DNA of 60,569 nt from contig JBGQHM010000002.1 of the NCBI GenBank assembly GCA_041497995.1, positions 1 through 60,569 of the forward strand. Reading direction: 5' to 3'. A model generated the notes under the pieces. It did not search any database, had not been told where the DNA came from, and saw nothing but the letters and a program-made list of their open reading frames with translations. Positions 28,338 through 38,045 of the stretch are shown here, one piece after another; the first letter of the stretch is position 1; each line of letters starts with the position of its first letter. This DNA comes from Candidatus Binatia bacterium (GTDB taxonomy: Bacteria > Desulfobacterota > Binatia > HRBIN30). A program made the position numbers and the translations under genes.

Positions 28338-29804
28338 ATGAACGGACCGCGAATGATCGTCGTCGAGTTCAACGAACTCTGCCCAGCGCTGCTCGACCGC
28401 TTCATGCATGACGGTCTTCTGCCTAACTTCCGCAGTTTCTACGAACATTCGGACGCATTTATTACCCAAGCGGACGCCGAGCCACCGGCGCTTGAACCAT
28501 GGATTCAGTGGTACTCGGTACACACCGGCTTGAGCTACCAGCAGCACCGGGTCTTCAACCTCACCGACGGGCCCCGCGCGCGACACCGCGACATATGGGA
28601 CATCCTGACCGCACATGGCAAGACGGTGGCCAATTGCTCCAGCATGAATGCCAAGTCCTTACGCGCCCGCGACTCGTTCTTCCTGCCCGACCCTTGGTGT
28701 GATTCTGAGGTGGCGTACCCAGACGAGCTGAATATCTTCTATCGTTTTGTCCGGCACCACGTCCAGGAATACACGAACGAAAGCCAATCGCTCTCGCTCT
28801 CAGACTACTCAGCCCTCTTGCTGTATCTTTTCAGGCATGGCCTCAGTACGAAGACGATTGCTGCAGTGCTGAAGCAACTCGTCGCGGAGCGCGTGCGCGG
28901 TAAGGACGAGAGCTGGCGACGTGCCCCGTTGCTGGACCAGTTGCAGTTCGATGTGTTCCGATACTACTACCGAAGAGCTCAACCGCAGTTCGCAACGTTC
29001 TTCTCCAATAGCACTGCGCACTACCAGCATAGCTACTGGCGTTACATGGACCCTGAAGCCTTTTCGGTGCCTGCATCGAGCGCCGACTTGCTTCACTACG
29101 GCGACGCCATACTGTTTGGGTATCAGTCGATGGACGCTCTGCTCGGGGAGTTATGCGAGCTGGCGGATAGTGAAACCCTTGTGGTTCTTGCAACGGCCTT
29201 GAGCCAGCAGCCATTCACACGGTTGGAGCACATCGGAGGACAGAACTTCTTTCGGCCAAAAAATATCGAGTCGCTCCTCGGGTTGCTAGGCATCGGATAC
29301 CAAACAGTGCAGGCGGTGATGACGCACCAGTACATTCTGCACTTCGGTCCGGGGCAGAGTATTCACGAGGCGATGCGCCGCATCGAAGGTGTGAAGTACG
29401 CAGGTCGAGAGGTCTTCGACTGCCGGGAAAGCAATGATGGAGGGCTCTATTTCGGGAGCCAGATCCACACGCCGCCTCCGGAGGACGCGTGCATCGAGTT
29501 CGGAGATCAAGCCGCCCAGATCGGATTCCATGAGCTATTCTATCGGATAAAGGAAGTGAAATCCGGATTTCACCACCCGGACGGAGTGCTGTGGCTGAGA
29601 ACCGGTCGGCACTCCCAACACACGCCAAAGGTCTCGGTCCTCGACATCTTCCCGACGATTCTTGACTACTTCCGCGTCGAGCTGCCGGCGGAGGAGCGCA
29701 GCCCCTACCGAGGCAAAAGTCTACTTCAGATTCTCGGTGCGGGACAGACGAATGCCTATAGCCACATTTCGTCTGATCTGGGTGCATCGGGCATTGCGGG
29801 TTGA
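28338..29804 (+). CDS. Alkaline-phosphatase-superfamily protein (nucleotide pyrophosphatase/phosphodiesterase-like), putative
   Basis: VVEFNEL...LPNF, EPWIQWYSVHTG, STAHYQH, SGFHHPDG and DIFPTIL. Confidence 0.65.
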   Translation: MNGPRMIVVEFNELCPALLDRFMHDGLLPNFRSFYEHSDAFITQADAEPPALEPWIQWYSVHTGLSYQQHRVFNLTDGPRARHRDIWDILTAHGKTVANCSSMNAKSLRARDSFFLPDPWCDSEVAYPDELNIFYRFVRHHVQEYTNESQSLSLSDYSALLLYLFRHGLSTKTIAAVLKQLVAERVRGKDESWRRAPLLDQLQFDVFRYYYRRAQPQFATFFSNSTAHYQHSYWRYMDPEAFSVPASSADLLHYGDAILFGYQSMDALLGELCELADSETLVVLATALSQQPFTRLEHIGGQNFFRPKNIESLLGLLGIGYQTVQAVMTHQYILHFGPGQSIHEAMRRIEGVKYAGREVFDCRESNDGGLYFGSQIHTPPPEDACIEFGDQAAQIGFHELFYRIKEVKSGFHHPDGVLWLRTGRHSQHTPKVSVLDIFPTILDYFRVELPAEERSPYRGKSLLQILGAGQTNAYSHISSDLGASGIAG

Positions 29805-29905
29805 TCCGAGCAGTGAGTTGTTCGGCGACTGAATGCGGGTCGACGGCGCCCCGGTTCTACGCGGGGGCATCCAACCAAGACCAGCGAAACTCAACGTGAG
29901 CTGAC

Positions 29906-30802
29906 ATGGAGTCGAAGCCCCCTTTCTTTGTCCTCGGTGCGCAGCGCTCCGGTACGACGATGCTGCGGCTCATGCTCAATAGTCATCCGCATCTGTGTGT
30001 GCCGCATGAATCAAAGTTCATGACCACCTTCTTCCCCCGGCTCGATGGGTATGGAGATCTGTCCGAGTCTGCCAACGTTGCGCGATTGCTCGACGATGTC
30101 TCTCGAAACCCCGCCGTGGAGCGCGGCGGCCTCATTCGCGACAAGCATCTCATTCTCGCTCACTCAATCGCTAGCTATGCCGATCTCATCGACGCGATCA
30201 TGACCGAACGCGCCAAAGCCGAGGGCAAGCCGCGCTGGGGTGACAAGACACCCTTTTACACGCCGGACATCGATATCCTCTGGCACCTGTTTCCGGAGGC
30301 GAAGATCATCCATCTCGTTCGTGACGGTCGCGACGTGTCGTTGTCGCAGCGGCGGATCTCGTGGCTTCCGAACAGCCTTCCTCGTATCGCGGAAAACTGG
30401 CGATGGATGACGACGATCTGTCACAAAGTCGGGTCCGTTCGTGGGGCGAAGTACTTCCTGGAAGTTAGGTACGAGGATGTGGTGCGCGATACTGAGGCGG
30501 CACTGCGAAAGATTTGTGACTTTCTCGACGAACCCTTTGCGCCGGAGATGCTCGCGTACGAGCAGGCCGCGAGAGATGCTGTTCCGCCCGAGAGCTTGGA
30601 ATGGCACCTGAACTCCGTCCGCTCGCCCAACCCAGACAAGGCGTTTGCGTGGAAGCGCGAGCTGCCGGTCTCGGACCGGATCATCTTTGAGCAGCATGCT
30701 GGCGAAGCGCTCGAACTGTTTGGCTATGAGCTGGAACGGCATCCAACCACATGGGCGAGCCGGTTCAAGAATCTGTATTACGCCTTGGTTGTCCGGTGGT
30801 AG
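29906..30802 (+). CDS. PAPS-dependent sulfotransferase
   Basis: GAQRSGTTMLRLMLNSHP, WGDKTP, VRDGRDVSLS and RYED. Confidence 0.9.
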   Translation: MESKPPFFVLGAQRSGTTMLRLMLNSHPHLCVPHESKFMTTFFPRLDGYGDLSESANVARLLDDVSRNPAVERGGLIRDKHLILAHSIASYADLIDAIMTERAKAEGKPRWGDKTPFYTPDIDILWHLFPEAKIIHLVRDGRDVSLSQRRISWLPNSLPRIAENWRWMTTICHKVGSVRGAKYFLEVRYEDVVRDTEAALRKICDFLDEPFAPEMLAYEQAARDAVPPESLEWHLNSVRSPNPDKAFAWKRELPVSDRIIFEQHAGEALELFGYELERHPTTWASRFKNLYYALVVRW

Positions 30803-32001
30803 GCGGTTATTTCAAGCATTCATGTGGTGTGCTCTTGTTCATCGCACTGAGCTTCGGTGCGTGCGGTGCGATCGAGGCGGACAACACTGGGACGGGCGAG
30901 GCGCCGCCGGTGCACGTCCTTGCTGTGGGGCCTGGGGAAACGCTCAAGGTCCCCAGCATGGCCGCCAGAGTGGCCCGTGACGGCGATACAGTTGAGATCG
31001 CCGCGGGCACCTACTCTGGAGACGCGGCCGTGTGGAGGCAGAACGATCTTACCATCCGCGGCATCAACGGCCGTGCCCACCTCAAGGCCGACGGCGCCGC
31101 CGCCGAAGGCAAGGCGATATGGGTCATCAAGGGCAAGAACACCACCGTCGAGAGCATCGAGTTCTCTACGGCTAAGGTGGCCGACCAAAACGGCGCGGGC
31201 ATCCGGCAAGAAGGCCCAGGGTTGACGGTGCGCAATTGCTACTTCCACGACAACGAAATGGGTATCCTCACTGGAGCCAATCCGGACAGCGAGATTGTGA
31301 TCGAGCGCTCCGAGTTCGCCAATAGCGGGATCGGGGCCCAAAGGCCGAGTCCTATTGGGCACAACGTCTACATCGGAGCCGTCAAGCGCTTCACGCTGCG
31401 AGCCAGCTATTCTCACCACGCCAGGATCGGCCACAACGTCAAGAGCCGAGCGCTTGAGAACTTCATCCTGTACAACCGCATCATGGACGAGCAGACAGGC
31501 ACAGCCAGCTATGAGGTGGACCTCCCCAACGGGGGACTCGCCTACCTCATCGGCAACGTCCTTCAAAAGGGACCCCGCGCAGAGAACCGCACCATAGTAT
31601 CCTACGGCGCCGAAGGTCTGCGACACCCAGTCAACGAGCTCTACGTCGTCAGCAACACGATGGTCAGCGACTATCCGGGGAGCGGACGCTTTGTTTTTGT
31701 GGCCCCTGGCACTGAGCACGCGACGGTCATCGACAATGTCTTTGCCGGTTCCGGGGCCCTACTCGCGGGGCGCGGCGACACCAGCCACAATCTGCAATCA
31801 AACGACCCGGGCTTCGTCAACCGTGCGCAATTCGATTACCACTTGAATGCCGGCTCCCCAGCCATCGATGCCGGTGTCGCGCCTGGCAGCGCGCACGGGT
31901 TTGAGTTGATTCCGATCGCCGAATACGTCCATCCCCTCTCTCAACAATCACGTCCGCAAGTGCGAGCCCTCGATCTCGGCGCCTACGAAGCCCGTCGCTA
32001 A
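30796..32001 (+). CDS. Secreted right-handed beta-helix (pectin-lyase-like) protein, possibly a lipoprotein
   Basis: Hydrophobic leader ending FGAC, then NGAGIR, NCYFHDNEMGIL, HNVKSRA, and a C-terminal GSPAIDAG...DLGAYE. Start is uncertain (30751, 30796 or 30829). Confidence 0.75.
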   Translation: MVGGYFKHSCGVLLFIALSFGACGAIEADNTGTGEAPPVHVLAVGPGETLKVPSMAARVARDGDTVEIAAGTYSGDAAVWRQNDLTIRGINGRAHLKADGAAAEGKAIWVIKGKNTTVESIEFSTAKVADQNGAGIRQEGPGLTVRNCYFHDNEMGILTGANPDSEIVIERSEFANSGIGAQRPSPIGHNVYIGAVKRFTLRASYSHHARIGHNVKSRALENFILYNRIMDEQTGTASYEVDLPNGGLAYLIGNVLQKGPRAENRTIVSYGAEGLRHPVNELYVVSNTMVSDYPGSGRFVFVAPGTEHATVIDNVFAGSGALLAGRGDTSHNLQSNDPGFVNRAQFDYHLNAGSPAIDAGVAPGSAHGFELIPIAEYVHPLSQQSRPQVRALDLGAYEARR

Positions 32002-32320
32002 TGGGTTACGGCAAAGCTGGTGTTACTCGGTACTGGCACAGGACACCGGAAGTGAACCACGCGCCAATGGCCTACGAAACACCGGCGATTTTCCGATTCC
32101 GGTCTCCGGCGTACGTTCACAAGCTACCAAGGATACTCATGGTTTGGTGCACAGCGAACACAAGATCCAAGCCCTCATATGGCATAGAAAAGCGGGGCAG
32201 GGCTTCGGGAAAGATGTCGGTTGGGGTCGCACCAGAGAGCCAGACGGTCCGCGCGGGGCGGGCGGGCCATCGGCGGAGCTACGGCCGCATCCATGGCTGT
32301 AGACACCAGAGGCGCACGTC

Positions 32321-33406
32321 GTGTCGGTGAGACTGTCGGTCATCGTGCCGGCTTACAACGCGAGAAACGTCCTCGACCGGTGCCTGCAGAGTCTGGTGGC
32401 GTCTGAGCTCTGCGAGTACGAGTGCATTGTCGTCGACGACGCCTCGACGGACGACACGCGCGCGGTAGCAGCGAAGTACGGCGTGACCGTGGTGGCACTC
32501 GACCGCAACGGCGGTCCGGCGCGGGCGCGCAACCGCGGCGCCGAGGCGGCGCACGGAGAGATCTTGGTCTTCATCGACTCGGACGTTTGCGTCCACCCGG
32601 ACACCCTTGGCCGTATCGACACGCACTTCCGCGACCATCTATCCACTGACGCCCTCATGGGATCGTACGACGACACGCCGGCGCACCCCGCGTTTGTATC
32701 GCAGTACAAGAATCTGTTTCACCACTATGTGCACCATCGGAGCAGCACAGAAGCCTGGACGTTCTGGGCTGGATGCGGGGCGATACGACGGGACGTCTTC
32801 CTGAAGTTCGGCGGCTTCGACGAGTCGTATGCCCGGCCCTCTATCGAAGATATCGAGCTGGGCAGCCGGCTGCACGCCAGTGGCCACCGCATCGATCTCA
32901 ACCCGAGCATCCAGGTGACTCACTTGAAGCGCTGGACGCTGTGGGGGCTGGTGCGCACCGACGTGCGCGATCGTGGCGTTCCGTGGTTCTTACTGATGTT
33001 ACGAAGGCGCTCCATGCCGGCAGACCTGAACGTGACGCGTGCCCACCGGTTGTCGGTCGCGCTGGTCGGTGCCATGCTTCTCCTCTGTGCCGGTGTTCTC
33101 TCCAATCGGATATTTGGATTCCCTCCCGTGCGTCCTTCGGTGCGCGCAGTGTCGTTTGGGCTGGGTCTGTGCGCGGCGATCCTGCTCTTCCTGAACCGCG
33201 ACCTCTACAAGTTCTTCGCTCGCAAGCGCGGGGTCGTGTTTGCCATCGGAACGGTACCGCTGCACTGGCTGTACTACACGTATTGCGGGGTGTCCGTGGT
33301 GCTGGCCGTGTCGGCACACGTGTGGGAGCGGCTGACCGGGCAACGGCTGGTCCAGGTGCCTACGCCGGTGAACCCTCGACCGACTGGTGCGAGTGCAAGA
33401 GAATGA
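32321..33406 (+). CDS. GT2 glycosyltransferase with C-terminal membrane helices
   Basis: SVIVPAYN, VVDDASTD, ARNRG, FIDSD and EDIELG, with a hydrophobic C-terminus. Confidence 0.9.
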   Translation: MSVRLSVIVPAYNARNVLDRCLQSLVASELCEYECIVVDDASTDDTRAVAAKYGVTVVALDRNGGPARARNRGAEAAHGEILVFIDSDVCVHPDTLGRIDTHFRDHLSTDALMGSYDDTPAHPAFVSQYKNLFHHYVHHRSSTEAWTFWAGCGAIRRDVFLKFGGFDESYARPSIEDIELGSRLHASGHRIDLNPSIQVTHLKRWTLWGLVRTDVRDRGVPWFLLMLRRRSMPADLNVTRAHRLSVALVGAMLLLCAGVLSNRIFGFPPVRPSVRAVSFGLGLCAAILLFLNRDLYKFFARKRGVVFAIGTVPLHWLYYTYCGVSVVLAVSAHVWERLTGQRLVQVPTPVNPRPTGASARE

Positions 33407-34614
33407 GCCCTGGCGGAGGCTGGCCTATGCGCATCGGCATTGACGGCGGTTGTTGGTTGAACCGCCGCGGCTATGGCCGATTCGCGCGCGGGCTGATCAC
33501 CAGTCTCGTTGCGTTGGGTGGCGCGGTGGAATATGCGCTCATGGTCGACTTCGACCCGGCCGATGCACCAGCCGTTCCCGCGGGAGTCCGGGTCGTACCC
33601 GTCGCTACCCAGCGGCCCGCGGCACGTGCGGCGGCGGCTGCAGGCCGCCGCTCCCTGGCAGACATGTGGGCGACCTCGCGCGCCATCAGTCGTGAAGGGT
33701 TCGACATCGTCTTCTTCCCGTCGGCCTACACCTACGTTCCCGTGACTGGCTCGGGACGGGTCGTCGTCGTTGTCCACGATGTCATCGCCGAACAGTTCCC
33801 CGGGCACGTCTTCCCGACACGCCTGGCGTCCATGTTCTGGTGGCTCAAGCTCTTGGCCGCGCGGCGTCAGGCCGATCTCGTGATGACGGTCTCGGAAGCG
33901 TCGCGCCAAGGAATATCCAGCTACTTCGGCATTCCCTCCGACCGGATCCTAGTCGTGCCGGAGGCTGCAGATCCAATCTTCCGGCCAATGCCGAACGGCG
34001 ACGCGATGCAGGAGGTGCTACGGCGATTCTCCTTGCTCGATCAGCGCTTTGTTCTCTATGTCGGAGGCATGAGCCCGCATAAGAACCTCGGGGCATTGTT
34101 GGATGCGTTTGAACAGCTGCGTCGAGATCCGGCCTACGCGGACTGCTGCTTGGTTCTCGTCGGCGACTACTCGAGGGACGTATTCTACTCAGCTTACAGT
34201 GAGCTGCGGCAGCAGGCCGAGGGGCTCGGCCTCGGCGACGCAGTGCGGTTCGCCGGCTACGTTGCGGACGAGGACCTCGTGTACCTCTACGGCGCCGCCG
34301 CGGTGTTTGTGCTGCCATCGTTGCTGGAAGGCTTCGGCCTACCCGTGATCGAAGCGATGGCGTGCGGTGCACCGGTTGTGGCGAGCCGCCGCGGCGCTCT
34401 CCCCGAAGTCATTGGAACGGCCGGACTGTTGTTCGATCCGGAACGCCCGGGTGACTTGTACGATGCGTTGCGGCGGGTGCTCTCTGACGCAAGGTTGCGA
34501 GAGCGGTTGCATCAGCTCGGGCCGCAGCGCGCCGCCGAATTTTCATGGGACCGGGCGGCTCGAAAGGTGTTCTCGGCGTTCTGTAACTTGGCTGACCGTT
34601 CTACGTCGCAGTAG
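33403..34614 (+). CDS. GT4 glycosyltransferase (mannosyltransferase MtfB/WbaZ-like)
   Basis: ATGA overlap. MRIGID, VHDVI, HKNL and EGFGLPVIEAMACG. Confidence 0.9.
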   Translation: MSPGGGWPMRIGIDGGCWLNRRGYGRFARGLITSLVALGGAVEYALMVDFDPADAPAVPAGVRVVPVATQRPAARAAAAAGRRSLADMWATSRAISREGFDIVFFPSAYTYVPVTGSGRVVVVVHDVIAEQFPGHVFPTRLASMFWWLKLLAARRQADLVMTVSEASRQGISSYFGIPSDRILVVPEAADPIFRPMPNGDAMQEVLRRFSLLDQRFVLYVGGMSPHKNLGALLDAFEQLRRDPAYADCCLVLVGDYSRDVFYSAYSELRQQAEGLGLGDAVRFAGYVADEDLVYLYGAAAVFVLPSLLEGFGLPVIEAMACGAPVVASRRGALPEVIGTAGLLFDPERPGDLYDALRRVLSDARLRERLHQLGPQRAAEFSWDRAARKVFSAFCNLADRSTSQ

Positions 34615-34678
34615 CTGGGCGGCTCGTCCTGCGTCAGGCCACGTCGCTTGGCGCGAACGTGTTCGTGGGAGAGGGTGA

Positions 34679-35701
34679 ATGAGAGCTTTGATTACCGGTG
34701 GGGCGGGATTCATCGGGTCGCATCTGGCGGAGTGGCTGCTGGCCCGTGGTGACGAGGTCGTGGCCATCGACGACTTGAGTACGGGCGGCATGGATAACAT
34801 CGCCCATCTCAAGTCACGCACCGGGTTCAGGTACCACATCGATTCGGTGCTCAACCGCGCCCTGATGGCCGAGCTGGTCGATGAGAGTGAGGTGGTCTTC
34901 CACCTTGCCGCTGCCGTCGGTGTGCAGCTCATCGTGGAGAATCCGGTGCGCACCATTACGACCAACATCGAGGGTACCGAGGTGGTACTGCAGATGGCTG
35001 CCAAGAAGCGCCGTAAAGTGCTCCTCACGTCCACGAGTGAGGTCTACGGGAAGCGTACCGCCGTTCCCTTCCGCGAGGACGATGATCTACTCATGGGCCC
35101 GCCCAACAAACGCCGCTGGAGCTACGCATGTTCCAAAGCCATCGACGAGTTTCTCGCGCTGGCCTACTGGGACGAGTATCAGGTGCCGGTCGTCATCGCC
35201 CGCTTGTTCAATACCGTGGGGCCGCGGCAGACCGGGCGCTACGGCATGGTGATTCCGCGCTTCGTTCAGCAAGCGTTGAGTGGCGCGCCGATTACGGTGT
35301 ACGGCGACGGCGAGCAGTCACGGTGCTTCGGGTACGTTGGCGACGTGGTCAGAATGCTCGTGGGCTTGGCGGAAGCCCCGGCGGCGGTCGGAGAGATCGT
35401 CAACGTTGGCAACGACGAGGAGGTCTCCATGAACGACCTCGCCACACGCATCAAGGCACACGCGGGCTCCGCCTCGGAGATCGTCCTGGTTCCGTACGAC
35501 GTGGCTTACGCGCGCGGCTTCGAAGACATGCAACGCCGGGTGCCCGATTTGACCAAGCTCAGTGGCCTGCTGGGCGATCGCCCGCGGACGAACCTGGACG
35601 AGATACTCACGGCGGTGATCGGTCACGCCAGCCGGCGTCCACCGACAGGTAGTAGTCCAGGGGCGGTCGTCGCCGCGAAGCAGCCCACCCTGCCGTCCTG
35701 A
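34679..35701 (+). CDS. NAD-dependent nucleotide-sugar epimerase/dehydratase (extended SDR)
   Basis: TGGAGFIGSHL, STSEVYG, YACSK (YxxxK) and RLFNTVGPRQ. Confidence 0.92.
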   Translation: MRALITGGAGFIGSHLAEWLLARGDEVVAIDDLSTGGMDNIAHLKSRTGFRYHIDSVLNRALMAELVDESEVVFHLAAAVGVQLIVENPVRTITTNIEGTEVVLQMAAKKRRKVLLTSTSEVYGKRTAVPFREDDDLLMGPPNKRRWSYACSKAIDEFLALAYWDEYQVPVVIARLFNTVGPRQTGRYGMVIPRFVQQALSGAPITVYGDGEQSRCFGYVGDVVRMLVGLAEAPAAVGEIVNVGNDEEVSMNDLATRIKAHAGSASEIVLVPYDVAYARGFEDMQRRVPDLTKLSGLLGDRPRTNLDEILTAVIGHASRRPPTGSSPGAVVAAKQPTLPS

Positions 35702-35775
35702 GGAGCCGGCCGGTAAGTCGCAACGCGAGAAGTTCGAAACCGAATCGTAGACCGAGTTCCTTTGGGGGGGAACTT

Positions 35776-37608
35776 ATGTCGCATACTCTAATCATCGGGG
35801 CGGGTCCCGCCGGGCTGACAGCTGCGTACGAGCTGGCGAAGCTCGGCCTGGGCTCGACCATACTCGAAGCCGACAATCAGGTCGGGGGCCTGTCGCGCAC
35901 CGTGACCTACCGCGGCTATCGCTTTGACATCGGCGGCCATCGCTTTTTCTCGAAAGTGCGGCTGATCAACGAGCTCTGGCATGAGATTCTCGGTGAGGAC
36001 TTTCTGGTTCGCCCGCGCCTGTCACGCATCCACTACCGTAACCATTACTTTGAGTATCCCCTCAAGCCGCTCAATGCGCTCGCCGGGTTGGGGCCGGTCG
36101 AAGCCTTCCTCATTGGTCTCAGCTACGCCCGCGCCAAGGTGTTTCCCGAACGCAACGAAACGAACTTCGAGCAGTGGGTGTCCAACCGCTTCGGCTACCG
36201 CCTCTACGAGATTTTCTTCAAGACGTACACCGAGAAGGTGTGGGGGATCCCGTGCAAGGAGATCGCAGCGGACTGGGCGGCGCAACGCATCAAGAATCTC
36301 TCGCTCAGCGAGGTGCTCCGCAATGCTCTGTTCAACAACAACCGCACCAAAAGCGGCGAGATCATCACGACGCTGATCGACCAGTTTCACTACCCCCAGT
36401 ACGGGCCGGGAATGATGTGGGAGCGCTGCGCCGAACTGGTGGCGGCGCGCGGCTGTCAGACGATTTCCGAGGTGCGCGTCGAGCGCATCCGCCATCGACA
36501 TGGGCGGGTGGAGTGTATCTACGGCAGGAAGGCATCGGGAGAAGTGGTCGAGTTCTCCGGTGACCATCTGATCTCTACGATGCCGGTTCGCGAGCTGATC
36601 AACGCCCTCGACCCGCCGCCACCGGATGACGTCATCCGTGCGGCCAACGCGCTCCGCTATCGGGACTACCTCACCGCGGTTCTGATGGTGAAGCGCGAGA
36701 ACGTGTTCCCAGACAACTGGATCTACGTCCACTCGCCGGAGGTCAAGCTCGGTCGCATTCAGAACTACAAGAACTGGAGCCCACGCATGGTGCCCGACCC
36801 GTCGCGCACTTCACTCGGACTCGAGTACTTCCTGTGGGATCAGGACGAAGAGTGGAGCTGGCCGCAGGAGCGGTTGATCGAGTTGGGCATCCGGGACTGC
36901 ACACGTATCGGCATGATCGACCCCAGCGAGGTCGAGGATGGAACCGTCGTGCGCATGCCGAAAGCCTACCCGGTGTATGACCACTCCTACATGGACAACC
37001 TGGCGACGATTCGCGCCTACCTGGCAGGGATCACCAACCTGCAGCTGATCGGGCGAAACGGCCAGCACCGCTACAACAACCAGGATCATTCGATGCTCAC
37101 CGGCGTGTACGCGGCGCGCAACATTGCTGGTGCCAACTACGATGTGTGGTCGGTGAACGTCGAGAAGGAGTATCACGAGGAGGGGCCGGCACAGGAGGAA
37201 ACCGTGGGCGATCGTGCCGTGCCGAAAGCGCTACGACCCCAGCCAGAGGCGCTTCCGATGTCACCCGACCAGTTGGTGGAAGCGGCATTCGCACGCCTCG
37301 ATGCCGTGGCGCTCGGCGCGTCATTCGGTTTCGTTGCAGGATTCGGGGTGTTGTTCGTCACCGCGGCCTTGCTTCTGCAAGGCGGCGCCATGGTGGGGAA
37401 GAACCTGTCGCTGCTGTCCTACTACTTTTGGGGCTACTCGGTGAGCTGGCGCGGGGCGCTGTGGGGATCCGTGCAATCCGGCATCGGCGGGTTCGCTCTG
37501 GGATACACTGTGGCAACACTGCGGAACTGGGGCGTCGCCGCTTACGCTGCGCTGCTCCGCCGCCGAGCGGAGGCTGAGGCGAGTCGCGATTTGCTGGATC
37601 AGGTGTAG
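35776..37608 (+). CDS. FAD-dependent oxidoreductase (UDP-galactopyranose-mutase/HemY-like fold) fused to a C-terminal membrane domain
   Basis: IIGAGPAGL, DIGGHRFFSK, YTEKVWG and GRNGQHRYNNQDHSM. The last about 110 aa are hydrophobic. Confidence 0.85.
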   Translation: MSHTLIIGAGPAGLTAAYELAKLGLGSTILEADNQVGGLSRTVTYRGYRFDIGGHRFFSKVRLINELWHEILGEDFLVRPRLSRIHYRNHYFEYPLKPLNALAGLGPVEAFLIGLSYARAKVFPERNETNFEQWVSNRFGYRLYEIFFKTYTEKVWGIPCKEIAADWAAQRIKNLSLSEVLRNALFNNNRTKSGEIITTLIDQFHYPQYGPGMMWERCAELVAARGCQTISEVRVERIRHRHGRVECIYGRKASGEVVEFSGDHLISTMPVRELINALDPPPPDDVIRAANALRYRDYLTAVLMVKRENVFPDNWIYVHSPEVKLGRIQNYKNWSPRMVPDPSRTSLGLEYFLWDQDEEWSWPQERLIELGIRDCTRIGMIDPSEVEDGTVVRMPKAYPVYDHSYMDNLATIRAYLAGITNLQLIGRNGQHRYNNQDHSMLTGVYAARNIAGANYDVWSVNVEKEYHEEGPAQEETVGDRAVPKALRPQPEALPMSPDQLVEAAFARLDAVALGASFGFVAGFGVLFVTAALLLQGGAMVGKNLSLLSYYFWGYSVSWRGALWGSVQSGIGGFALGYTVATLRNWGVAAYAALLRRRAEAEASRDLLDQV

Positions 37609-37692
37609 TGCGGCAACGCGGCGATGGGTTGCTCGATGATCACCTTGAGGGAGCGAGGAGATGATTGAGTGCGAGACAGGAGGGAGGAACCA

Positions 37693-38001
37693 GTGACTGC
37701 TCAGACGAATGAACGATTCGAGGTGAGCCGCGCGGTCGCGCGCATCCACGCGGGTGTCATGGCTCTGGTCTGCGCTGTCCTCGGTGGCGGCGGGCTCTTC
37801 GTCATGACCCTGTGGCTGGTCATCAAAGGTGGGGTCAATGTTGGGGAACATCTCGGACTCCTGTCGTGGTATTTTTACGGGTATCGAGTCACCTGGCTGG
37901 GCGCTTTCGTGGGGCTGTTCTGGGGGACAGTGGTCGGCGGCATCGTGGGATGGGTCATCGGCGAGGTCTACAACCTGGTCGTGTGGCTGAGACAGCGATG
38001 A
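37693..38001 (+). CDS. Small membrane protein, paralogous to the C-terminal domain of the upstream flavoprotein
   Basis: GGAGG RBS before the GTG. Shares GGxxVGxxLxLLSxYFxGYxV(S/T)WxGAxxG with the upstream gene. Confidence 0.8.
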   Translation: MTAQTNERFEVSRAVARIHAGVMALVCAVLGGGGLFVMTLWLVIKGGVNVGEHLGLLSWYFYGYRVTWLGAFVGLFWGTVVGGIVGWVIGEVYNLVVWLRQR

Positions 38002-38045
38002 TGAATGACGCAGGCGCACCCCTATAGCCCGGCCCTGCACGCCCA

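Noticed and set aside
29806-29825. Rho-independent terminator after the phosphatase-like gene (CCGAGCAG-TGAG-TTGTTCGG)
   Set aside because: The stem relies on G-U pairs and has no following U-tract.
32001-32330. 109-aa ORF in the gap, and a possible c-di-GMP riboswitch (GGCAAA motif)
   Set aside because: The ORF has no recognisable motif or RBS, and the remaining riboswitch consensus elements are not present.
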